From Candidatus Eiseniibacteriota bacterium (GTDB lineage: Bacteria; Eisenbacteria; RBG-16-71-46), in assembly GCA_963744995.1 (NCBI GenBank), contig CAVUWA010000011.1:1-64000 (forward strand): 64,000 nucleotides of DNA. The letters run 5' to 3'. A program made the position numbers and the translations under genes. This document shows positions 49,364 through 57,721 of this stretch, in pieces; position 1 is the first letter of the stretch; each line of letters begins with the position of its first letter. Under the pieces are notes generated by a model. The model was not told the DNA's origin. It searched no databases and worked only from the letters and a program-made list of their open reading frames with translations.

Positions 49364-51643
49364 TCAGCGGATGTCCAGCGACTGACGCTCCCCGGCGGTC
49401 ATGGGGCGCCTCAGGATCTCCCGCACGGCGGCCTCGAGCACCTCGTCCCGGCCCGCGCGGAGGCCCGCGATCGTAGGCCGCACCTCGACGTCGGGCACGA
49501 TGCCGACGCGCTGCGTCGGGCGCCGGTCGGGATAGAAGACGCCGATGCCGCTCATCGTCCCGCGGAGGCCCCCGGGCAGTGAGATGCGCGAGATGTTGCC
49601 GTCCGCGCCCGCCGTCCTGCTGCCGACGATCCGCGCGCCGGCCGCACGGAACGCCATCGTCGTGTACTCGGACTGGCTCATGGACGCCTCGTCGACGAGC
49701 ACGGCGACCCGTGCGTCGATGTGCGGTTCCGCCGGCACCAGGGCAATGGACGGCGTCCAGGCGAACGCGCCCGGATTGGCGGGATCGGCCCGCGTGAAGC
49801 ACGCGAAGTCCGTCAGGGTCGAAACGAGATGTTGTCCGAGCGTGAACACCATGAAGTCGGACGGGTAGTCGCGGAGGTCGATGATCAGCCCCTTCGCGCC
49901 GGCGACGCCCGAGAGGTACGTGCTCACCTCGGCCCGCCGGACCGAGGACAGCGTCAGGTACGCGAGGTCTGTGCTCAGGCGGCGGAACGCGGGACCGGGA
50001 TGATCGTGGTTCCATCCGACGCGGGCATTCAGCTCGGCGAGCGGGATGCGATCAGCCGTGAGCCGCAAGGTCCGATCGCCCCGCACGATCGACACCCGGG
50101 CCGTGGTGGAATCGCCGCGCAGCAGCACCGCGGCCAGAACCTGGCGAAACGCCCACGCGTTGGACACCCCGTACCAGGGCCTGCACCGCGCAGCGATCGA
50201 GCCCACCGGCACGCCGTCCACGGCCTCGACGATGTCGCCGACCCGGAGCCCCGTGGCCGGCCCGAGCTCCGGATGCCAGTAGCCCGTCACGACCGCCTTC
50301 CCTTCGACGAACCTCACGACCACCGGCACCGCGCGGTCACCCGCGGGCGGCACCACGAGCGCGGCGCTCCAGAGATTGGCGTGGCCGTCGTGGACCCGTG
50401 CGAAGACGCCCGCCATCGCCAGGGCGTAGTCGTCCTTGCGGGTCGCTGCGGCAACCTCGGGAATGGCGTGTTTCAGCACGGCGTCCCAGTCCTCGTTCAT
50501 CACCTCGCGGTACGGAGACCAGTACTCGACGAAGTTCCAGAATCTGAACAACGCGAGCAGCCGGTAGCCGGGGTCGGGAAAGCCTTCCGGCATGTAGGGC
50601 GCCTCTTCCGAGAAATCCGGGTTGCCCACCTCCGGCACGAAATCGACGTAGAACTGATCGCCCGTCGCCGGTCGCCTGGCATAGATGGTCCGCAGCGTGG
50701 CGGATAGATCACGACCCAGGAACGCCTCGTTCGCCAGCCAGGTCAGTTGCGGGCGCATCGCGACACTGTCGGGCAGTTGCGCGCAGGTCGTGCAATCGGG
50801 CACATCGCCCAGGGACGCCGCCCAGCGCGCCACCGTGCGCCGGGCAGCAGATGCATCCTTCGCCGCGAGCACCCGCGGCATCACCCGAAACAGGTCGTAG
50901 TCGAAGTGCCGCCTCCCGGCCACGATCGCGGGATGATGGTACTTGAGGAATCCCCAGACCTTCGCCAGCAGCGCGAGATTCCCGATCTGGGTCGCCGTCA
51001 GCGTGGTGTCCTCGATGCCCGAGCCGGCGTTGAACGCCCGATCGCGGTCGAACACCGTGAGGTGCGGTACGGCTTCCGGAGCTTCCGCCATCGGCCGCCC
51101 GTCGACGAGCAGTTCGAGATCATCGACCCACACCATCCCTGATCCGGAGAGCAGCGTCCCCAGCTGGATCGTGCGCGCGCGCCGATCCAGCGGCAGCGTG
51201 ATCCGGTATTCGGTCCAGTCGGTGGATCCGGTGATCGGGCGATCCTGCATGTTGTCGAACGCCCGGACGTCGCCGCGGCCATCGAGGCGCATCCACAGAC
51301 CGGCCGTCCCCCTCGAGATCGTGGCCTTCACCCAGCCGACCAGCGCCACGGAATCACCCGAGAAGTCCACGGGAAGCCGGATCGCGAACGAAGAAAACGT
51401 CGATGGGCTGGTCGTGGTTCGTTCGATGCGCCCGGCGTAGCGTCCGCCGTGCACCTCGACGCTGTCGATGAACAGCGTTTCGGCGGGACCGGATGGGCGG
51501 CCGTCCCAGGCGTCGAGCGATCCGGTCGCGCCGCAGGATTCGAAGGACAGGGCGCCGCTGTGATCGTCACGGGCGGCGCTTTGCGGCGCGCAGGAGGCGA
51601 ACACCAGAAACAACGGGACTATCGGCCACAGGGGTCGGGACAT
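49364..51643 (-). CDS. S41-family peptidase, probable lipoprotein
   Basis: Lipobox-like FASC; KVWGFLKYHHP, HDGHA, PDZ-like GLRVGDIV, IIDLRDYP, SQSEY..GSRTAGADG, GIVPD. Confidence 0.85.
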   Translation of the reverse strand: MSRPLWPIVPLFLVFASCAPQSAARDDHSGALSFESCGATGSLDAWDGRPSGPAETLFIDSVEVHGGRYAGRIERTTTSPSTFSSFAIRLPVDFSGDSVALVGWVKATISRGTAGLWMRLDGRGDVRAFDNMQDRPITGSTDWTEYRITLPLDRRARTIQLGTLLSGSGMVWVDDLELLVDGRPMAEAPEAVPHLTVFDRDRAFNAGSGIEDTTLTATQIGNLALLAKVWGFLKYHHPAIVAGRRHFDYDLFRVMPRVLAAKDASAARRTVARWAASLGDVPDCTTCAQLPDSVAMRPQLTWLANEAFLGRDLSATLRTIYARRPATGDQFYVDFVPEVGNPDFSEEAPYMPEGFPDPGYRLLALFRFWNFVEYWSPYREVMNEDWDAVLKHAIPEVAAATRKDDYALAMAGVFARVHDGHANLWSAALVVPPAGDRAVPVVVRFVEGKAVVTGYWHPELGPATGLRVGDIVEAVDGVPVGSIAARCRPWYGVSNAWAFRQVLAAVLLRGDSTTARVSIVRGDRTLRLTADRIPLAELNARVGWNHDHPGPAFRRLSTDLAYLTLSSVRRAEVSTYLSGVAGAKGLIIDLRDYPSDFMVFTLGQHLVSTLTDFACFTRADPANPGAFAWTPSIALVPAEPHIDARVAVLVDEASMSQSEYTTMAFRAAGARIVGSRTAGADGNISRISLPGGLRGTMSGIGVFYPDRRPTQRVGIVPDVEVRPTIAGLRAGRDEVLEAAVREILRRPMTAGERQSLDIR

Positions 51644-51850
51644 GATGACAGCCTCGCGCATGCCTTGGACGATCCGACAATGAACCGATCGCCCGGAGCG
51701 TACACGAGGGGCCGCGTTCTGCCTCACCTTCGCCCTGCGCGAAGCCCCGGCAACGAACGAGGGAGCGGTTTTCACCGCCCCCTTCGCTCGCGCCCGGGCG
51801 CTGCTCCCGGGCTGCGCGCGGCCCGCGCGTCGTGTGCGGCCCCGTTTCGA

Positions 51851-52141
51851 TCAGTAGTCGTTGCCGGGGCTCATCTGCCGAATCGGCAGCTGCAGCCAGC
51901 CCCAGTCGTCGGGGAGCAGGTACATCACCGGCTTGATGACGTCGAGTCCGACACGGCGCAGCGTGGCGAGCCCGTCGCCCACCTGATGGTTGGCGCCGAT
52001 GCCGTCGGCCTCCACCGCGTCGTCGACCGGCATCCGGATCCCCATTCCGAGTCGCGCATCCGCCCTGCCTGCGGTGCCCACCGACAGTGCTGCGGCCATC
52101 ACGGCGGCCGCGGCCCACATGGTCCAGTGATTCCGGTTCAT
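51851..52141 (-). CDS. Small secreted hypothetical protein (96 aa)
   Basis: Strong GAGGAGG RBS; Ala-rich signal peptide ending ADA. Confidence 0.55.
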   Translation of the reverse strand: MNRNHWTMWAAAAVMAAALSVGTAGRADARLGMGIRMPVDDAVEADGIGANHQVGDGLATLRRVGLDVIKPVMYLLPDDWGWLQLPIRQMSPGNDY

Positions 52142-52190
52142 GACGTCCCTCCTCTCGCGTGCGGCTGAACTGCGAACGCGGGAGTGATCT

Positions 52191-52206
52191 ATCAAGCCCC
52201 GTGCCG
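52191..52206 (-). promoter_or_regulatory. Possible sigma-54 promoter (variant -12 element)
   Basis: Minus strand CGGCACGGGGCTTGAT: canonical -24 element, TTGA instead of TTGC; 50 bp upstream of the 52141 start. Confidence 0.35.
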
Positions 52207-52454
52207 ACCCGCGCGACGTGGTGTGCTTCGCCCCAATCGCCTGCACACGTTGCGGATACGGGCGCGATGGCGAGCGGGCAGGGGCGGGACGTCCTGCGGA
52301 CTTCCGCAGCGGCTGCGGACTTGCGGGGCCCGCGTGCGGAAGGTCCGCCCTCTTCCCGGGCGCCGGCCTCCCCATCCGCGACGCGGCGATTCACGCCCGC
52401 CCGCGGCATGTGTTACACGGTGTCGCGTCATCGTGCCCTTCGATTGGAGATTCC

Positions 52455-52955
52455 GTGACCGCCGACACCCTCCGCCGCCTGCTCGGGCTCGAGCCGCTTC
52501 CCAACGAAGGCGGCTTCTTCGTGGAGACGTACCGCGCGACGCGGCGCGTGCCGGCGGACGCACTGCCCGGGCACCCCGCCGACCGATCGCTCGCGACCGC
52601 GATCTACTACCTGATCACGCCCGGGAGCTTCTCGGCCATGCACCGCGTGCGCTCGGACGAGATCTTCCACTTCTATATGGGGGACGCCGTCGAGATGCTG
52701 CAGCTCTCCGCAGGCGGCGCCGGCCGCGTGGTCACGATCGGCCCGGATCTCGAGGCCGGCGCCAGGCCGCAGGTGGTCGTGCCCGCCGGGGTCTGGCAGG
52801 GCGCGCGGCTCGCCGCCGGCGGCGCGTGGGCGCTGCTCGGCACCACGGTCTCGCCCGGTTTCGAGTTCGAGGACTACGAGCACGGCGAGCGCGCGGCGCT
52901 GATCGCGGGCTGGCCGGCGTGGCGGGAGAAGATCGAGGCGTATACGCGGGGCTGA
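52455..52955 (+). CDS. Cupin_5 (DUF985) family protein
   Basis: LGLEPLPNEGGFFVETYR, TAIYYL, HRVRSDEIFHFY.G, PQVVVPAGVWQ, VSPGFEF. Confidence 0.9.
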   Translation: MTADTLRRLLGLEPLPNEGGFFVETYRATRRVPADALPGHPADRSLATAIYYLITPGSFSAMHRVRSDEIFHFYMGDAVEMLQLSAGGAGRVVTIGPDLEAGARPQVVVPAGVWQGARLAAGGAWALLGTTVSPGFEFEDYEHGERAALIAGWPAWREKIEAYTRG

Positions 52956-53089
52956 GGGGCGCCGCGACGGCGCGGCGCCCCGGATCCGCCGCCTTCCCCT
53001 AGGCCAGCGCCTCTTCGAGCCGCACGAGGAACGAGCGGGCCTCGCAAGCCGATTTTTCGGGGCGATTCCGGGAATCCCGTGGCGTGGTA

Positions 53090-53119
53090 TGACATCAATA
53101 TGATATCATTGTGATGTCA
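53090..53119. promoter_or_regulatory. Symmetric three-box operator TGAYRTCA x3 at 11-bp period
   Basis: TGACATCA-ata-TGATATCA-ttg-TGATGTCA, an AT-rich island immediately upstream of the SPFH RBS. Confidence 0.75.
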
Positions 53120-53140
53120 CCCCCAAGAGGAGGTTTCCAG

Positions 53141-54013
53141 ATGCTTCGCGAGAAGAAGGCGCAGTCGCTGCCCGGTCTGCCGATGCTGATCTTCTGGATC
53201 CTGGCGCTGGTCGGAGCCCTGTGGCAGTTCATCGGGTCGGTGAAGGCCGACCACCCGGCGGGCGCCATCGGCGGCGTCGTGCTGTTCGTCATCGTGGCCC
53301 TCGGCTTCGCCGGGCTCATCATCGTGAACCCGAACGAGGCGCGCGTCCTGCAGCTGTTCGGGCACTACACCGGCACGCTCAAGGAACCGGGACTCCACTG
53401 GATCAACCCGCTCACCAACCCGCGCCGCAAGGTGTCGCTGCGGGTGCGCAACTTCGAGAGCGGCAAGATGAAGGTCAACGATCTCGATGGAAACCCGATC
53501 GAGATCGCCGCCGTGGTGGTCTGGAAGGTGATCGAGACGGCGGAAGCGGTGTTCCACGTCGACGACTACGAGAATTTCGTGCACGTGCAGAGCGAGGCCG
53601 CGGTGCGCAACCTGGCCACGACCTACGCCTACGATTCGCACGAGGACGACAAGATGTCGCTGCGCGGCCATACCAACGAGGTGGCGGAAGGTCTCAAGAA
53701 GGAGATCCAGGACCGGCTCGAGCAGGCCGGCGTCGACGTGATCGAAGCCCGCATCAGTCACCTCGCCTACGCGCCCGAGATCGCGAGCGCGATGCTGCAG
53801 CGCCAGCAGGCGAGTGCCGTGGTCGCGGCGCGGGCGAAGATCGTCGAGGGCGCGGTCAGCATGGTCGAGATGGCACTCGATCAGCTCAGTGAAAAGAACA
53901 TCGTGACGCTCGATGAAGAGCGCAAGGCCGCGATGGTCAGCAACCTGCTCGTGGTGCTGTGCGGCGACCGCAACCCCCAGCCCATCGTCAACACCGGAAC
54001 GCTCTACTCGTAG
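53141..54013 (+). CDS. SPFH/band-7 domain membrane protein
   Basis: GAGGAGG RBS; two N-terminal TMs; [50 protein letters not shown]. Confidence 0.92.
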   Translation: MLREKKAQSLPGLPMLIFWILALVGALWQFIGSVKADHPAGAIGGVVLFVIVALGFAGLIIVNPNEARVLQLFGHYTGTLKEPGLHWINPLTNPRRKVSLRVRNFESGKMKVNDLDGNPIEIAAVVVWKVIETAEAVFHVDDYENFVHVQSEAAVRNLATTYAYDSHEDDKMSLRGHTNEVAEGLKKEIQDRLEQAGVDVIEARISHLAYAPEIASAMLQRQQASAVVAARAKIVEGAVSMVEMALDQLSEKNIVTLDEERKAAMVSNLLVVLCGDRNPQPIVNTGTLYS

Positions 54014-54022
54014 GATGGTGTG

Positions 54023-54190
54023 ATGGCGGCCAGAAAGCCCTTCCTGCTGCGGCTCGACCCCGCGGTCCACGACGCGCTGCAGCGCTGGGCCGCGGACGAG
54101 CTGCGCAGCGTGAACGCGCAGATCGAATACCTGCTCCGGCGCGAGCTGCAGAGCGCGGGGCGGCTGAAGGAGAACAAGCCCGGGAAATAG
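54023..54190 (+). CDS. Arc/ribbon-helix-helix DNA-binding protein (55 aa; absent from the ORF track)
   Basis: Hand translation [59 protein letters not shown] strand followed by the RS.N.QI helix signature. Confidence 0.88.
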   Translation: MAARKPFLLRLDPAVHDALQRWAADELRSVNAQIEYLLRRELQSAGRLKENKPGK

Positions 54191-54301
54191 TCCGGCGGGG
54201 CGGGCGCGGCACGGGCCGGCCGCGTTCATCCCCGCGACCGGCACGCGGCCGGCCGCAGCAGCATATCCGACGATGCGGCGCCTCATCCGGGCGCCGGTGC
54301 C

Positions 54302-54343
54302 TTGACCATTAGGGCGCGCTCAGGGTATTTAGGATGTCCTAAA
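54302..54343 (+). promoter_or_regulatory. Sigma-70-like promoter overlapped by a DtxR/MntR-type operator
   Basis: TTGACC at 54302; near-perfect palindrome TTTAGGATGTCCTAAA at 54328-54343; weaker TTAGG half-site at 54309. Confidence 0.75.
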
Positions 54344-54421
54344 CATGTCGCGTGCCGCGCCCGATCGGGCGCAGCCGGGCCCGTCGTCGTCCTGCGCACC
54401 CCACACCCCCAGAGGCTCCTC

Positions 54422-55489
54422 ATGTCGTCCGCCACTCCGAGTGCACTGCTTTCCACCTGGCTCGAAACCCGCGCCAGACGGCCCCGGGCCCGCGCCCGTG
54501 ACATCGCTACGGGGCATGGCATCAGCGAGGCGCAGCTCGTCGCCTCGGCGTGCGGCGCGGACGGCGCCATCACCGCCACGCGCCTGGCGGGCGACTGGAG
54601 GGACCTCCTGTCCGGCCTTCCCGCGCTCGGCGCCTTCAAGGCGATCACGCGGAACGAGTACGCGGTGATCGAAGTCGAAGGGGCCTACGATCGCGTGTCG
54701 TTCGACGGCGAAGTCGGGCTGAGCCTCGGACAGATGGACATGCGCATCTTCGCGTTCCGCTGGTCCATGGGCTTCGTGCTCGACGAGGACACGCCCGCCG
54801 GCCCGCGCCGGAGCCTCCAGTTCTTCGACGCCGCAGGCGACGCAGTCCACAAGATCTACGCGATCGACGGCACCGACGCCGCCGGACTCGACGCGTTGAT
54901 CAGCGCGTTCCGCGCGGCCGATCAATCGAACGGGCAGCGCGTTGCGCCCCCGCGCCCGACGCCGGCTCCGCGCCCCGATGAGGAAATCGATCTCGCCGGG
55001 CTGCGCACGGCCTGGGCGGCGCTCGAGGACACGCACGACTTCTTCGACCTGCTGCAGCGGTTCGAGGTCCGGCGACTGCAGGCGATGCGGCTGGTCGGCG
55101 AACCGTTCGTCTTCCCGGTCGGCACCGAGAGCCTGAAGCACGTGCTGGAGGCGAGTGCGGCGCAGCAGACGCCGATCATGACGTTCATCGGCAACCCGGG
55201 CATGCTGCAGATCCATACCGGGATCGTAGAACGCGTGGTCGAGATCCCCGGCTGGCTCAACGTGCTGGATCGGAAGTTCAACCTGCACGTGCGCAGCGAC
55301 GCGATCGCTGCGGCCTTCGTGGTCCGCAAGCCCTCGCGCGACGGCACCGTCACCGCCCTGGAGCTCTACGCCGCCGACGGCACGCTGATCGCCCAGTGCT
55401 TCGGCAAGCGCAAGCCGGGCATCCCGGAAGACCCGCGCTGGCGCGAGCTGCTGGAGGGCGCTACCCGCATTCCCGCCGTCACCGGCTGA
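54422..55489 (+). CDS. hemS: HemS/ChuS/PhuS-family heme-binding/degrading protein
   Basis: Duplicated HemS domains: GISEAQLVA, ITRNEYAV, DMRIF, RSLQFFD..G.AVHKIY, DTHDFF, PIMTFIGN.G.LQIHTG, WLNVLD..FNLH, FGKRKPG.PE. Confidence 0.92.
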   Translation: MSSATPSALLSTWLETRARRPRARARDIATGHGISEAQLVASACGADGAITATRLAGDWRDLLSGLPALGAFKAITRNEYAVIEVEGAYDRVSFDGEVGLSLGQMDMRIFAFRWSMGFVLDEDTPAGPRRSLQFFDAAGDAVHKIYAIDGTDAAGLDALISAFRAADQSNGQRVAPPRPTPAPRPDEEIDLAGLRTAWAALEDTHDFFDLLQRFEVRRLQAMRLVGEPFVFPVGTESLKHVLEASAAQQTPIMTFIGNPGMLQIHTGIVERVVEIPGWLNVLDRKFNLHVRSDAIAAAFVVRKPSRDGTVTALELYAADGTLIAQCFGKRKPGIPEDPRWRELLEGATRIPAVTG

Positions 55490-55499
55490 AGGAGGCCGC

Positions 55500-56018
55500 A
55501 TGCTCTCCGGCAAGAATCCGCGCCGCCGCGCGCTGACCGCGAGTCACGAGCACTATCTGCGCGCGCTCTACGAGGTGCGCAGCCGGCTCGGCTACGCCCG
55601 GCTCACCGACGTCGCGCGCGCGCTCGGCGTCGCGCCCTCCACGCTGTCGGTGGGTCTCAAGCCGCTCGAGGCACGCGGGTTGCTCGAGCACGACGATCAC
55701 CGCTTCCTCGTGCTCACCGCGAAGGGCGAGCGCGTCGCCCGCGAGGTCCATCACCGCTTCGCGGTGATGCGGCACTTCCTCACCGACGTGCTCGGCGTCC
55801 CCGCGCAGGTCGCCGAACAGGAGGCCTGTCTCTTCGAGCACGACGTCAGCCCCGAGACCACCGAGCGGCTGCTCGACGTGCTGAAGCTGCTGCGCCAGGA
55901 CGAGGCGCTGCGCGGCCTGCTGCTCTCGCGGCTCGCCGACTTCCGCCGCACGTGCCTGCCGCAGGCGGAGTGCGCGACCTGCGACCTCACCTGCATGAGC
56001 CTCGAAACGGACGCCTGA
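55500..56018 (+). CDS. DtxR/MntR-family metal-dependent repressor with C-terminal Cys cluster
   Basis: LTASHEHYLRALY, HTH ARLTDVARALGV, LTAKG, EACLFEHDVS; tail CLPQAECATCDLTC. Confidence 0.88.
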   Translation: MLSGKNPRRRALTASHEHYLRALYEVRSRLGYARLTDVARALGVAPSTLSVGLKPLEARGLLEHDDHRFLVLTAKGERVAREVHHRFAVMRHFLTDVLGVPAQVAEQEACLFEHDVSPETTERLLDVLKLLRQDEALRGLLLSRLADFRRTCLPQAECATCDLTCMSLETDA

Positions 56019-56056
56019 GCGAGGCCGGGCTCACCAAGTCTGTTTTGCATTGATAA

Positions 56057-56081
56057 ACAGCGGCCGCGATCCGGCCGCTGT
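56057..56081 (+). terminator. Hairpin after the hemS-regulator pair
   Basis: ACAGCGGCCG-cgatc-CGGCCGCTGT, then GGCCTTTT. Confidence 0.45.
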
Positions 56082-56256
56082 GGCCTTTTCCGCCTTGCGA
56101 CGTCTCGCCCGCCCGTCAGGCGCCGGCTGCGCCGCAAGCGTATTTCATGACAGTGCGTTACCTGTGGGCGCCCGCCGGATCTGTGACATGCGCCGATCCG
56201 CGGCCGGGCGCACCAAGCGTCGCGACGAGGGGCCGGCCTGCCCCATTTGATCGATA

Positions 56257-56270
56257 TTCGTGATCACGAA
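56257..56270. promoter_or_regulatory. Perfect 14-bp palindrome upstream of the cupredoxin gene
   Basis: TTCGTGATCACGAA overlaps the expected -35 position of a TATGCT -10 element at 56286. Confidence 0.5.
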
Positions 56271-56364
56271 GGCGCCGCGGCGGGTTATGCTGCAGGCCCG
56301 TTCGTTCGCCCCCCCGTGAAACAACCCGGCGAGCCGGCCGCATCGCCCTCCCAGGGAGACCGTC

Positions 56365-56781
56365 ATGCGCCGACCACCGCTTGCGCTTCTCGTGACCACC
56401 GCCGCCGCCATCGCCGCCCTCGCGATCGCTTCCGGATGCTCGAGCAAATCGAGCAACCCCACGGCACCCGGGGGCGGCGGGGGTGGCGGCGGCGGCACCA
56501 GCGCGACGATCAACTCCGGCACCATCGCCGGGAACGGGGGCAGCTTCACGTTCACCTTCCCCGACACCGGCACGACCGGCTATCACTGCGGCATCCATCC
56601 CACGATCATGAAGGGCAACAGCATCTCCGTGACCAGCACGTCGCCCAACGATTCGATGGTCGTGCAGATCGTCAGCACGTCGACGCCCGGCTACTCGCCC
56701 TCGGCGGCGACCATCCGGCCCGGTGGTCACGTACGCTGGGTGAATGTCGACGGGATGAGTCACTCGGTCGAGAACGACTGA
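56365..56781 (+). CDS. Lipoprotein with circularly permuted cupredoxin (plastocyanin/amicyanin-like) domain
   Basis: Lipobox ASGC and Gly linker; SFTFTF..G..YHCGIHPTIMKG precedes YSPSAATIRPGGHVRWVNVDGMSHSV. Confidence 0.8.
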   Translation: MRRPPLALLVTTAAAIAALAIASGCSSKSSNPTAPGGGGGGGGGTSATINSGTIAGNGGSFTFTFPDTGTTGYHCGIHPTIMKGNSISVTSTSPNDSMVVQIVSTSTPGYSPSAATIRPGGHVRWVNVDGMSHSVEND

Positions 56782-56959
56782 GTCTCGCGCCATCCACGCC
56801 CCACGCCGGCGTCCGTGAGCCACGGGCGCCGGCGTCGTTCATGTGCGGCGATCTGTGGCGCGCACGCTACACGCGCCCCCCGCTGCAGCCCGGGCAGCCG
56901 GCCCGGCGCGCGCGTACAAGCCGTTGCCGCACAGCGATTACCGCGCCCACCCCGGCCGG

Positions 56960-56975
56960 TGGCATGCACCCTGCT
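56960..56975 (+). promoter_or_regulatory. Putative sigma-54 promoter
   Basis: TGGCATGCACCCTGCT (GG-N10-GC), ~45 bp before the start; an IHF-core-like CAA-N4-TTG lies at 56917-56926. Confidence 0.6.
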
Positions 56976-57018
56976 CTTTTCCCCCGGTGAACGCAGCATC
57001 ACCACGAGGAGACCCGCC

Positions 57019-57516
57019 ATGATGAACCGCAAGCATACGAAGGTGATTGCCGGCCTGATCCTCGCCGCCGCCGTCGTGACCACGATGGCGCCGGCCGCTG
57101 AGGCGGCGCGCCATCGCGGCCACAACAGCCACTCGAAGCCGGTCTATGCGCCGCACGCGCGCTACCGCACGCCGGCGCCGCCGGTGCGCTACGTACGCCC
57201 CCGCCCGCAGCGGGTCGTGCGCTACTACCACCGTCACGACAGCCACGAGGGTTTCGCGTTCCTGGGCGGCCTGCTGCTCGGCGCGGTGATCAGCAACGCG
57301 GCACACGCGAACCACTACTTCTACGCCGATCCCTACTGCGACCTGCGCTTCTCGAGCCTCGCGGCGTACGACGCGCACCTGCGCTACCACCACCACCCGG
57401 CGGTCGTGCACGTGATCGAGATCCGCTCGGGCGACTGGGTCGATTCGTACGCCTGGCGCGGGGACGGCTGGCGCCACTACGAGACGGATCGCTGGGAATG
57501 CGGCTGGCAGCGCTAG
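57019..57516 (+). CDS. Secreted His/Tyr/Arg-rich small protein with a zinc-finger-like motif
   Basis: GAGGAG RBS; signal peptide ending AEA; glycine-zipper-like FLGGLLLGAVI; DPYC-x3-F-x5-Y-x2-H-x3-H. Confidence 0.7.
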   Translation: MMNRKHTKVIAGLILAAAVVTTMAPAAEAARHRGHNSHSKPVYAPHARYRTPAPPVRYVRPRPQRVVRYYHRHDSHEGFAFLGGLLLGAVISNAAHANHYFYADPYCDLRFSSLAAYDAHLRYHHHPAVVHVIEIRSGDWVDSYAWRGDGWRHYETDRWECGWQR

Positions 57517-57721
57517 CGTAGCAACGATGTCACGGCGTGTGAGTCCGTGACGAGTGCAGCCGGAGACGGGGAGCGTCCGAGACTGCACAGCGGACTCACC
57601 GACACACGACGGGCGGTGCCTTCGGGCGCCGCCCGTTCGTGCTGGCCGCGCAGACCGCGGGCGCAGCGGCCTTGCGCCGTGCGCCATGCACGGCGAGCGA
57701 ACGGCTCGGTCCGCCGCCGCC

